NCBI GenBank assembly: GCA_003599335.1
Contig: QZJN01000005.1
Span: 1-58,395 of the forward strand
Source of the DNA: Candidatus Parcubacteria bacterium
Lineage (GTDB): Bacteria > Patescibacteriota > Minisyncoccia > SURF-38
Reading direction: 5' to 3'
DNA length: 58,395 nt
Shown here one piece after another: positions 1-8,872 of this stretch. The translations under genes were made by a program, and so were the position numbers. Each line of letters opens with the position of its first letter. Within the stretch, counting starts at the first letter, position 1. The notes beneath the pieces were generated by a model. It had not been told where the DNA came from and made no database searches. It saw nothing but the letters and a program-made list of their open reading frames with translations.

Positions 1-101
1 ATCGCAACTCCGAAATCTCCCGAGAGATCATAGAAAAATATTAAAATATTAAAGAGGGGTTGGAGTAATATTTTATTGAAGACCAAAGACACCAATTCCA
101 T
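1..101 (-). CDS. yidC: YidC/Oxa1 membrane protein insertase, 5' part only (runs off window)
   Basis: Manual translation of minus strand from ATG at 101: MELVSLVFNKILLQPLFNILIFFYDLSGDFGVAI. This is typical of short YidC N-termini and the gene is syntenic after rpmH-rnpA-yidD. Not in ORF track. Confidence 0.85.
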   Translation of the reverse strand, partial: MELVSLVFNKILLQPLFNILIFFYDLSGDFGVA

Positions 102-113
102 AAATTCTTTTTA

Positions 114-344
114 TTATAAAAGTTCATCTATACCACCGGAGGAACCGAAACAACGGCTCACTCTCTTTACTGATAAGATAGCCCCCTTAAAAAGTCCGTG
201 CCTGCATAAAGCTTCTTTCGAATACTGAGAGCAAGTTGGAAAATACCTACATCCACAAAAACCGCTGTATCCTTTTAACCAGCTGTGATTTGGGGAAAGG
301 GTCTTTTGATATAGATTTATAAACCAAATAAGGAGCCTCGTCAT
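114..344 (-). CDS. yidD: Membrane protein insertion efficiency factor YidD
   Basis: YQK.LSP...[12 protein letters not shown]...HG..KG.......R..RC motif; synteny. Confidence 0.95.
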   Translation of the reverse strand: MTRLLIWFINLYQKTLSPNHSWLKGYSGFCGCRYFPTCSQYSKEALCRHGLFKGAILSVKRVSRCFGSSGGIDELL

Positions 345-682
345 TTTCTCCTTGGGTTTTGTGTTTTAAAAAGCCTTGTTATTATCTCCGACAATTCTTT
401 AAAGTTTGGTGATTTGTTTCGTCTAAAAAATATTGTGTAATCGACGCCTTTATCTATGAGCCCCCCGTTCTTTCTCAAAATCTCCCGAATCTGCCTCCTT
501 ATTTTATTACGCTCGCTAGATTTCTTGATTAATTTGGCTGGTATTACTATCACCGTTCTTCCGGGGAGAGTTTTGGTTATCTTACTACGTGTGGTTATAT
601 CACCGAAGCCCTTGTAGTTTTTCTGACCCCCAAACCCAACGGGCTCTTCCGATCCGTTTCTTAAACTCCCAGAAAAAGCCAT
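341..682 (-). CDS. rnpA: Ribonuclease P protein component (divergent N-terminus)
   Basis: RNR-like motif [13 protein letters not shown] followed by DY.IF; lies between rpmH and yidD. Confidence 0.85.
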   Translation of the reverse strand: MAFSGSLRNGSEEPVGFGGQKNYKGFGDITTRSKITKTLPGRTVIVIPAKLIKKSSERNKIRRQIREILRKNGGLIDKGVDYTIFFRRNKSPNFKELSEIITRLFKTQNPRRK

Positions 683-683
683 A

Positions 684-818
684 TTAGACGCTGAGTCTTT
701 TGCGTCCCTTGCGGCGTCTCTCTCTGAGAACCTTGCGTCCTGATGTTGTTCTTTTTCTCACTAGAAAACCGTGGGTTTGTTTCCTTTTTTTAGATTTTGG
801 TTTAAAGACTATACCCAT
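684..818 (-). CDS. rpmH: 50S ribosomal protein L34
   Basis: Manual translation MGIVFKPKSKKRKQTHGFLVRKRTTSGRKVLRERRRKGRKRLSV (44 aa), below ORF-track cutoff; divergent from dnaA. Confidence 0.97.
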   Translation of the reverse strand: MGIVFKPKSKKRKQTHGFLVRKRTTSGRKVLRERRRKGRKRLSV

Positions 819-1033
819 TTTTGTTTTTTTTGGTTGGATTATCTAACAAAAAAGTTCAAGGGCAGTTTAACAACTTACCACCTGTGCGTCAATTTTAAAA
901 AATTTTAAGATTTGACTTTTGTTCTTATCCGATAACATACTATTAACACCTTATAAACATGGATTTTAATCCCTTCTTGGTGTTAAAAATTACCTAAATG
1001 TTATAATTGTTTTTAAATCAAGATAAAGCTTTT

Positions 1034-2428
1034 ATGAACGAGTTAAATTATGAGGAGGTTTGGAAGGCTGTGTTGGCCGAAATAGAACTAAACGTTTCAA
1101 AGGCCAATTTTGCTACGTGGTTTCAAAACACCTCTCTTCTAGACACCAGAGATGGTTCGGCTGTGGTGAGAGTACCAAATGCTTTTACCAAAGAGTGGCT
1201 CGAAAACAAATACAATAAAGCTATACTAAAAATACTACGAAACCTTTCTGGTGACATAAAAGAAGTTCGCTACACCATAGCGACCGAAGCCCCCCAAAGA
1301 CATTCCTCCACCCCATCAAAACCAAGGAAAAGACCCTCTTCCGACCAGGTTGTTGCTAGCGAACAACAACTTGAGCTTGGTGGGTTTGAGGTGGACCCAG
1401 AGACCGGACTCAATCCTAAATATACCTTTGATTCTTTCATTGTTGGGTCTTTTAATGAGTTGGCTCACGCGGCGGCCTTAGCCATAACAAAAGGTCTTGG
1501 TAACTCGGACCAGTCTTATAATCCTCTTTTTATTTACGGGGGTGTCGGTCTTGGAAAAACCCATCTTCTCCAGGCCGTTGGTAACGATGTTGTTAGGAAC
1601 CTTGGTCTAAAAGTTAAATACGTAACGTCAGAAAGGTTCACAAACGAGTTAATCTCGGCCATATCAAATCAGACAACTGAAAGATTTAAAGAAGAATATA
1701 GAAAGGTTGATGTTTTAATAATAGACGATATCCAATTCCTGGCTGGTAAAGAGAGAACTCAGGAAGAATTTTTCCATACATTCAACGCTCTTTATGAAAA
1801 AAATAAAAGAATCATACTAAGCTCGGATAGACCCCCAAAGGCGATACCAACTCTGGAAGAGAGGTTGCGCTCTAGATTTGAGGGGGGGATGATCGCCGAC
1901 ATCTCTGAACCAGATCAAGAAACAAGACTTACAATCCTAAAATCTAAATGTTTATCAAAACAGGTGGTCGTGCCCGAAGAAATACTCAATTACATAAGCC
2001 AGACCATCCAAAAAAACATCAGGGAACTTGAGGGGGCCCTTAACCGCGTAATTGCAAATTGGAGACTTACTGGCTCCCTGCCAAATATCGAAACCTCAAA
2101 ACAGCTCTTAAACACGATTGTAAATACGCCAAAAAAGAACCTCACCGCAAAACAAATAATCAAGTGTGTTGCAGATTTTTACGACGTTCAAGAAAAAGAC
2201 TTGATTAGAAAAAACAGGCGACAAGAGGTTGTAAAACCCCGACAAATTGCCATGTATCTTCTAAGGACGGAGTTAAAGAGCTCCTTTCCATTTATTGGTC
2301 AACGTCTTGGCGGCAGAGACCACACAACAGCGATACATGCCTGCGAAAAGATATCCCAACAAATAAAGACCAATTCGACCCTTTCCGATGAAATAAAATT
2401 AGTTGTTGATAAACTGTATAACGAGTAG
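1034..2428 (+). CDS. dnaA: Chromosomal replication initiator DnaA
   Basis: NPLFIYGGVGLGKTHL Walker A, LIIDDIQFL, RELEGAL, GGRDHTT; ATG at 1034 preferred over TTG at 1007. Confidence 0.99.
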   Translation: MNELNYEEVWKAVLAEIELNVSKANFATWFQNTSLLDTRDGSAVVRVPNAFTKEWLENKYNKAILKILRNLSGDIKEVRYTIATEAPQRHSSTPSKPRKRPSSDQVVASEQQLELGGFEVDPETGLNPKYTFDSFIVGSFNELAHAAALAITKGLGNSDQSYNPLFIYGGVGLGKTHLLQAVGNDVVRNLGLKVKYVTSERFTNELISAISNQTTERFKEEYRKVDVLIIDDIQFLAGKERTQEEFFHTFNALYEKNKRIILSSDRPPKAIPTLEERLRSRFEGGMIADISEPDQETRLTILKSKCLSKQVVVPEEILNYISQTIQKNIRELEGALNRVIANWRLTGSLPNIETSKQLLNTIVNTPKKNLTAKQIIKCVADFYDVQEKDLIRKNRRQEVVKPRQIAMYLLRTELKSSFPFIGQRLGGRDHTTAIHACEKISQQIKTNSTLSDEIKLVVDKLYNE

Positions 2429-2631
2429 TGGTTTGGTTGTGGGATTCCTATTTATTCTTAGTTAAAAACTCTCGGGAAGTTTCGTTGGTGGAAGAAACTC
2501 AGTTAATGCCGGTTGTTTATAAGACGCTTGTTCACAGTTAAAAAAATGTTTTAGTCTTTGTTTTATTGAAATTTTATAGTTATCTAAAAATTAACGGTTT
2601 ACTACAACAACTACTCTTTATAAATATATAA
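2404..2631. other. Probable oriC (dnaA-dnaN interval) with relaxed DnaA boxes, DnaA-trio-like tract and AT-rich end
   Basis: TTATCAACA on minus at 2404-2412, TTATAAACA on minus at 2514-2522, TTGTTCACA at 2528-2536; CTA-CAA-CAA-CTA-CT tract at ~2600-2616 then TTTATAAATATATAA; another TTATAAACA at 951-959 upstream of dnaA. Confidence 0.65.
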
Positions 2632-3735
2632 ATGAAATTAACCTGTAAAAAAGATTATTTGAAGGAGGCTTTTTCTACGGCCGAGAAAATGTTGGGAAAA
2701 ACTCTTTCGCTTCCAATCCTTTCAAATTTTTTGTTATCAACCGATAATGGGAGGCTAAAAATTTCAGCAACAGACCTTGAAATAGGGTTAAATTATTGGA
2801 TAAATTCTAAAATCGAAAAAGAAGGAGCCATAGCCGTACCCGGAAAGTTAATCTCGAGCCTAATTAATAATTTACCAGACAAACCAATATCTTTTAACTC
2901 CGAAAAAAACAAACTAATAGTTTCTTGCGATAAATATAAGACAACCCTTCAGGGGTTTGATCCGGCTGAATACCCAATAATACCAAAGGTTAAATCCGAA
3001 AAAACAATAACTTTTGATGCCACCGAACTAAAAGAAGCAATCTCACAGGTTATAAACGCGGCATCTTTATCAGACGGAAGAGTGGAGCTAAATGGGATTT
3101 TTTTGGCGATGGATAAAAACACGGCGAGGGTAGTTGCCACGGATAGTTTTCGTCTAGCTGAAAAAAAATTAAAACCAAAGAACGTGACCGGATTGACCGA
3201 GACCTCTTTTATAATTCCTCTAAAGACAGCTAACGAGTTAATGAGGATGTTGGATGTTGGACCAACAATAGAAATGCATCACACAAAACAACAAGCCTTG
3301 TTTAGGACCGAAAATGCCGAGTTGTTCTCCCGCCTCGTTGAAGGTAATTTTCCCAACTACGAACAAATAATTCCCAGAGCCTATATAACAAATACACAAA
3401 TCTTAAGAGACGATTTATTTAACGCTCTTAGGGTGGCCGGTATTTTTTCAAGCAGAATAAACGACGTTAGGTTTGATATCGACCCGAGCATGAAGGAGAT
3501 TTTTTTAACCTCAACCGATCAAGATAAAGGAGAAAACAATGTTGGACTGGAAGCCAGGACCGAAGGCAAAAAAATGACGGTGGTTTTTAACCACCGATAC
3601 TTGCTGGATGGGCTCTCAAATATAAAAACAGAAAAGGTTATACTCGAACTGAGCGGCGAAACTTCCGCGGCCCTGCTTAGGCCAGATGGAGACGGAAGTT
3701 ATTTATATCTTGTGATGCCGATCAAAAATTATTGA
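2632..3735 (+). CDS. dnaN: DNA polymerase III beta sliding clamp
   Basis: SATDLEIG, VATDSFRLAE, RLVEGNFPNY, YLVMPI; follows dnaA. Confidence 0.99.
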   Translation: MKLTCKKDYLKEAFSTAEKMLGKTLSLPILSNFLLSTDNGRLKISATDLEIGLNYWINSKIEKEGAIAVPGKLISSLINNLPDKPISFNSEKNKLIVSCDKYKTTLQGFDPAEYPIIPKVKSEKTITFDATELKEAISQVINAASLSDGRVELNGIFLAMDKNTARVVATDSFRLAEKKLKPKNVTGLTETSFIIPLKTANELMRMLDVGPTIEMHHTKQQALFRTENAELFSRLVEGNFPNYEQIIPRAYITNTQILRDDLFNALRVAGIFSSRINDVRFDIDPSMKEIFLTSTDQDKGENNVGLEARTEGKKMTVVFNHRYLLDGLSNIKTEKVILELSGETSAALLRPDGDGSYLYLVMPIKNY

Positions 3736-6156
3736 TCAGGGGGTGATCACAAAAACTTCTGCTTCGGCTTGGTTTGAAGAGGAATCGTAAAGGCGGACCT
3801 TCAGGGAGTGAAGCCCCGGATTTAGATGTTGTGTGATTGGGTGTTGGAGTTCGTAGGGGGGCGTAAAATCAGAACCAATAGGAAGGTTATCAAAGAAAAA
3901 ATCAACCTGTACTATCTGATTGAAGCTTGTGGCTAAAGTTTTAATATCAATGAAACCCCCGGTGATGAGTTGTTGGGGAACGGGGGAGATTATATTTATG
4001 AAAGACTTCTTGTTTGACTGGACCCCGCTTTGCCCAAAAGCCCAACGTTGGACCGCCGCCTCCCAGTTTTTAAATTGGGAATCAAAATTAGGATTTGAAG
4101 GCGGTGAAGAGTTGAGATTTTCCTTACTAACATAAAACAATATGCTGTGGGGAGCTTCTCCTTCTACCCCATTAAGTAGTGGAATTGCCAAAGTTTGTAC
4201 CGGGTCTGGTTTTACGAATTCTTCGACTGGTTTATCTTTTAAAGCTTCGGCCATAAAGTTATGCCACAAAGGTCCGGCTGCGGCGATTCCTGCGCCTTGC
4301 TGGGTCATGGGCCTGTTGTCGTTGTTGCCGGCCCAGACCCCCACAACAAGGGAAGGGGTAAAGCCCACAACCCAAGCGTCTTTAAAATCCTGGGTGGTTC
4401 CAGTTTTGGCGGCCACGGGTCTATCAGAAAAAAACAAGGGGCTTTGTAGTCCAAATATTGGTGCGCGCGCGGCGTTGTCAGATAAAATATCTGTAACAAG
4501 ACGAGCCGTCTGTGGTTCTAGGATTCTTTTACTCTCTTCCCTAAATTCTTCAACTATATCTCCTTGAGAGTCTATAATTTTGAGTATCGGGTTTGTACTA
4601 CGCATCATTCCATCTTGGGCAAAGGCGCCATAGGCCGCGGTCAACTCCAGGGGCTTTACTTCACCACCACCAAGTACAAGTGAAAGGCCAAACCTAGAAC
4701 GATCTTTTAGGGTTGTAAGGCCGGCATCTTCGGCCAGACGAATTGTGTCTTCTATTCCGGCTAGGTAAAGGATTTTAGCCGAAGGGACGTTAAGAGATTG
4801 AGCAAGAGCTTCTCTTAGCGAGACTGGACCCCTGAATCTCCCGTCGTAATTTCCTGGATGATAACAATCAAAACCAAAAGAGTCTTTTTCTTGGAGACCA
4901 TCGTCGGAGCAATTTGGATTAAATTCAGTGAAAACATCGTAGACCAAGGTTTTATCAGAGAAACCGTCCCTTAGAGCTGCCGCGTATGCAAAGGGTTTGA
5001 AAGCCGAACCGGGTGAACGGTTGCGGGTAGAAACATTTACATGGGGCTCAAAGGCACAGGTCAGGCCAGGAATACAACCCCTAGGGAGTGGTTCGCTAAA
5101 GTAATCTCTAGAGCCAACCATTGATAAAAGCTGCCCGTTTCTGGGGTCTATTGCCACCAAAGAGGCGTTTGCAGCCCCATAAAGTTTTTCGTTGTTTTTT
5201 GCGCCCTCCGAAATAATTACCTCAGTTTTTTGTTGGAGATCCCAGTCCAGGGTGGTAATAATTCGCCAGCCGGCCCTATTTAAGAAAGCCTCGTCATATT
5301 TTTTTGATAGGTTCTCCAAGACATAGAAAACAAAATGAGGCGCTCGTATCACCTGCGTTGCTTTCGAAAAAGTAAGAGACTCTTTTTTAGCCACCCCAGC
5401 TTCTTCCTGGCTTGCAAACCCAAGCTCAACCATTCTGTCCAAAATATCATCTTTTCTTGCAAACAACTCGTCCCTTCTTGGTCCAAAAGGAGAATAGTAA
5501 GAGGGGGCTTTCGGGAGCGCAGCCAACAAGGCAGATTCCCCAAGAGACAGGTCCTTGGCTGATTTGTTAAAGAAAGTGTTTGCCGCGGCTTCTACGCCAT
5601 AAGCGTTTGAGCCATAGGAAATTTGATTGAAATATATCTGGAGGATGTCTTGTTTTGAATATCTTAGCTCCAACTCTATCGCCAATAGAGCCTCTTTTAT
5701 TTTTCTCGAAAATGTCCTCTCCGGAGTTAGGAGAGAATTTTTTATAACCTGCTGGGTTATGGTTGAAGCCCCGTGCCCGACTAACTCCCCTCTCTTGATG
5801 TTTCGCCACAAAGCCCTGGCTATGGCCACAACATCTACTCCAATGTGGTTGTAGAAGTTTTTATCTTCGGCCGCTATCGCAGCCTCGGTGACATATTTAG
5901 GCAGTTCTTCTATGTCTATGACCGTTCTTTTCTCCTCTCCATGTAGATCATATAAGAGGACGTTGCCGCTTCTGTCGAAAATCTTTGTGGATTGGGCTAC
6001 AACCTGTAAAGCGACGCTATCTGGCGAAGGAAGGTCTTTTGCAAAATACGCAGAAAAACCCAATCCCAGCGCTATCAGGACAAGGAAAAATATAAAAAAC
6101 AACCAGCCCAAGCGCCGAAAAAAATTTTTTAGTTGGCTAACCCGCCTCTTTTTCAT
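3736..6156 (-). CDS. Class A penicillin-binding protein (transglycosylase/transpeptidase) with C-terminal Ig-like domain
   Basis: N-terminal TM; AAEDKNFY and GASTITQQV GT51 motifs; SAFK (SxxK), SLN (SxN), KTGT. Confidence 0.95.
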   Translation of the reverse strand: MKKRRVSQLKNFFRRLGWLFFIFFLVLIALGLGFSAYFAKDLPSPDSVALQVVAQSTKIFDRSGNVLLYDLHGEEKRTVIDIEELPKYVTEAAIAAEDKNFYNHIGVDVVAIARALWRNIKRGELVGHGASTITQQVIKNSLLTPERTFSRKIKEALLAIELELRYSKQDILQIYFNQISYGSNAYGVEAAANTFFNKSAKDLSLGESALLAALPKAPSYYSPFGPRRDELFARKDDILDRMVELGFASQEEAGVAKKESLTFSKATQVIRAPHFVFYVLENLSKKYDEAFLNRAGWRIITTLDWDLQQKTEVIISEGAKNNEKLYGAANASLVAIDPRNGQLLSMVGSRDYFSEPLPRGCIPGLTCAFEPHVNVSTRNRSPGSAFKPFAYAAALRDGFSDKTLVYDVFTEFNPNCSDDGLQEKDSFGFDCYHPGNYDGRFRGPVSLREALAQSLNVPSAKILYLAGIEDTIRLAEDAGLTTLKDRSRFGLSLVLGGGEVKPLELTAAYGAFAQDGMMRSTNPILKIIDSQGDIVEEFREESKRILEPQTARLVTDILSDNAARAPIFGLQSPLFFSDRPVAAKTGTTQDFKDAWVVGFTPSLVVGVWAGNNDNRPMTQQGAGIAAAGPLWHNFMAEALKDKPVEEFVKPDPVQTLAIPLLNGVEGEAPHSILFYVSKENLNSSPPSNPNFDSQFKNWEAAVQRWAFGQSGVQSNKKSFINIISPVPQQLITGGFIDIKTLATSFNQIVQVDFFFDNLPIGSDFTPPYELQHPITQHLNPGLHSLKVRLYDSSSNQAEAEVFVITP

Positions 6157-6250
6157 AACCTGGCCATTATAACAAAATTATAAGACCCCAACAATAAATA
6201 ACGTTGTTTTTACTAAATTTTCCTGATATGCTGAAACTACTTTAATTTTC

Positions 6251-7474
6251 ATGAATACGAATCACTCAAATAAAAACCAAATACTCATTGATTCGAGAAG
6301 AGTTGATAAAATTTATCCCTCGAAGGAAGCGTTTATAAAAGCCGTGAGCGAAGGAGGAAAAATTACAGTTTATAATGGGATAGACCCAACAGCCTCGTCG
6401 TTGCACCTGGGACATCTCGCGCAGATGCTTTTTCTCAAAAGATTTCAAGCTCTTGGTCATAAGGTTATCTTTCTCGTGGGTGATTTTACAGCGCGCGTCG
6501 GAGATCCAACCGGTAGATTGTCTTCGCGCAAGGTTTTATCAGAAAAAGAAATAAAAGAAAACCTGAAAACGTATAAACAACAGGCCTCGCGGGTGCTAAG
6601 TTTTTCCGGAAAGAATCCAGCAAAAATCGAATTTAACAGTCGTTGGTTAAGCAAACTTAAGCTTGGAGAATTCATAAAAATTGCAGAGAAATTCACGATT
6701 AACCAGATGATAAAAAGAGATATGTTTCAGAGACGGCTCAAAGAGGGAAAAGAAATTCATTTTAACGAGTTTATATACCCACTTCTTCAAGGTTATGATT
6801 CCGTTGCCTTAGATACAGACGCCGAGGTTGGGGGAACCGACCAAACTTTTAATATGTTGGCGGGTCGTGACTTGGTTAAAATTTATAAGAATAAAGAGAA
6901 GTTTGTTTTTGCAACACATCTTCTTGTTAACCCAAAAACTGGCCAAAAACTAATGTCAAAAAGCGAGGGAGGATATGTGTCTTTGGATGACAAGCCAGAT
7001 TTAATGTTTGGTAAAATCATGGCCCTGCCAGATGAAACCCTAATCACTTGTTTTAAACTTTGTACCGAAGTGCCAGATGGAGATATTTCAAAAATAGAGA
7101 AGGGTTTGAACAACAACGAGTTTAATCCGAGAGATATCAAGGCTAGGTTAGCCAAAGAGATTATAACAATCATTTATGGCGGCAAGGCCGCACAAAGAGC
7201 AGAAGAGCAGTTTGACGAGATTTTTAGGAAGAAAGTTCCTCCTAAAAATTCAGCCGTATATAAGTTCGGGGGCGGTCCCGAACCATCAATAATGGAAGTT
7301 TTGGTTGGGTCAAAGATTGTATCGTCTCGATCAGCGGCGACAAGGCTTATAAAAGGAGGAGCTGTGGATGTTGATGGAAAAAGATGGACCGACTTGAAGA
7401 AAAAAATTCCAATCCCGACAAACATCAGAATTGGCAAACACGGGTTTTTAAGGGTAGAGGGTAGCGAGAAATAA
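6251..7474 (+). CDS. tyrS: Tyrosyl-tRNA synthetase
   Basis: GIDPTASSLHLGH, YPLLQGYD, GGTDQTFN, LMSKS, C-terminal S4 domain. Confidence 0.98.
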   Translation: MNTNHSNKNQILIDSRRVDKIYPSKEAFIKAVSEGGKITVYNGIDPTASSLHLGHLAQMLFLKRFQALGHKVIFLVGDFTARVGDPTGRLSSRKVLSEKEIKENLKTYKQQASRVLSFSGKNPAKIEFNSRWLSKLKLGEFIKIAEKFTINQMIKRDMFQRRLKEGKEIHFNEFIYPLLQGYDSVALDTDAEVGGTDQTFNMLAGRDLVKIYKNKEKFVFATHLLVNPKTGQKLMSKSEGGYVSLDDKPDLMFGKIMALPDETLITCFKLCTEVPDGDISKIEKGLNNNEFNPRDIKARLAKEIITIIYGGKAAQRAEEQFDEIFRKKVPPKNSAVYKFGGGPEPSIMEVLVGSKIVSSRSAATRLIKGGAVDVDGKRWTDLKKKIPIPTNIRIGKHGFLRVEGSEK

Positions 7475-7508
7475 AAAATTAGTCCGCGTTGACGCGGACT
7501 AATTTTTT
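7473..7508. terminator. Bidirectional intrinsic terminator
   Basis: Perfect IR AAAAAATTAGTCCGCG-TTGA-CGCGGACTAATTTTTT between convergent tyrS and the acidic small ORF. Confidence 0.9.
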
Positions 7509-7612
7509 TATTCTGACTCTTCTTCAAGATCTTCTTCTTCGTTCTCATCGCTTTCCTCACCTTCTTCCATCATTTCATCACTTCCATCAAGATCGTCTTT
7601 TGGTTTTACCAT
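7508..7612 (-). CDS. 34-aa hyper-acidic small protein
   Basis: Manual translation MVKPKDDLDGSDEMMEEGEESDENEEEDLEEESE (19/34 D+E); ATG to TAA, stop abuts the terminator; not in ORF track. Confidence 0.7.
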   Translation of the reverse strand: MVKPKDDLDGSDEMMEEGEESDENEEEDLEEESE

Positions 7613-7671
7613 TTTGTTCTTTTTATTAGCGTTTTAAGTGACCTTTTTGGTTACTAAATTATTAATGCAAA

Positions 7672-8142
7672 TTATCTTATACTATTGGCGCAGCAGATTG
7701 CAATAGCAATTGCATCTGCCACGTCGTCTGGTTTGGGCTCTTCCGAAAGACCCAACAATAACTTTATCATTTTTTGAACCTGTTGTTTAGAAGCCCCCCC
7801 ATAAGAAGTTATTGCTTGTTTAACCTGAAGCGGGGTGTATTCACAAATGGGAATTTTATTACTATTTAATATTTCAAGTATAACCCCTCTGGCTTGAGCT
7901 ACATTTATTGCCGTTTTTTTGTTTTTAAAGAAAAAGATTCTTTCGACAGCAGCTATTTCCGGCCGACACTCTTTTATGATTTTTTCTAAGGCGGAGCGCT
8001 GAGCCGAGAGTTTTTCTGGCTCGTTAAGCTGAGAAGATATTTTTATGACACCAGATTTAACCAGTGTCGTGTTTGTCCCAAGCCTTTTTATTACACCAAA
8101 GCCGGTGGTGGTTGTGCCAGGATCAATGCCAAGAACAATCAT
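7672..8142 (-). CDS. ruvC: Holliday junction resolvase RuvC
   Basis: IVLGIDPG, AAVERIFF, YTPLQVKQA, PDDVADAIAIA. Confidence 0.98.
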   Translation of the reverse strand: MIVLGIDPGTTTTGFGVIKRLGTNTTLVKSGVIKISSQLNEPEKLSAQRSALEKIIKECRPEIAAVERIFFFKNKKTAINVAQARGVILEILNSNKIPICEYTPLQVKQAITSYGGASKQQVQKMIKLLLGLSEEPKPDDVADAIAIAICCANSIR

Positions 8143-8870
8143 ATCTGTAAGGATGCATTTAAGTATACCCCTTGGACATCGGGATGTTCCTCAAGTTTTT
8201 CAGTTAAAGAAAGAATCTTTTCTCTATCTTTTTGCTGCAAAGACACCGGATTTTCTGGCACAAGATCAATTTCAGCGAGTTCAACCTTACAACCTGCCTC
8301 GATAAAATTTTTTCTAAGCATCTCAAGCTCATTTGATTTGCCAATAACAATAAGGCTTTTTTGATTACCGGATTCTTTTTGAACATCTTCTGCGCCAAAC
8401 TCTATAGCTTTAAGTTCAACCTCCTCAACGGATCTTTTCTCGGTGAGGACAACCAACCGGCAAATTTCTTTAAACAACCAACGGACAGAACCTTCATTGG
8501 CCGGCTTACCACCAAAATCGTTGATGATGTTTCTTAATTCTCCGAGGGTTCTGTTTTTGTTGTCCGTAGTTGCGTTTATGAGAATTGCCACGCCTCCTGG
8601 CCCGAAGGCCTCTATGGTTACAACTTCAATTCTTTCGCCAGATTGTCCGGAAGCCTTCTCAATGGCTCTTTCGATATTTTCACCAGGCATATTAGAAGCT
8701 CTTGCTCTTTCTATAGCCAGCCTTAATTGGGGGTTGGTTTCCGGGTTTGGTCCTCCCTCTCTTGCCGCGACGGAAATTATTTTTGCCAATTTAGAGAAAA
8801 CCTGTCCTTTTTTGGCGTCGGCGATGCCCTTTTTATGTTTTATTTGGGACCACTTTGAATGACCGGACAT
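8139..8870 (-). CDS. yebC: YebC/PmpR family protein
   Basis: MSGHSKWSQIKHKK...NP.LR.A...A...NMP; ATGA overlap with ruvC. Confidence 0.98.
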   Translation of the reverse strand: MSGHSKWSQIKHKKGIADAKKGQVFSKLAKIISVAAREGGPNPETNPQLRLAIERARASNMPGENIERAIEKASGQSGERIEVVTIEAFGPGGVAILINATTDNKNRTLGELRNIINDFGGKPANEGSVRWLFKEICRLVVLTEKRSVEEVELKAIEFGAEDVQKESGNQKSLIVIGKSNELEMLRKNFIEAGCKVELAEIDLVPENPVSLQQKDREKILSLTEKLEEHPDVQGVYLNASLQI

Positions 8871-8872
8871 AA

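Noticed and set aside
6157-6250. T-box riboswitch upstream of tyrS
   Set aside because: Leader is too short and has no T-box or terminator motifs.
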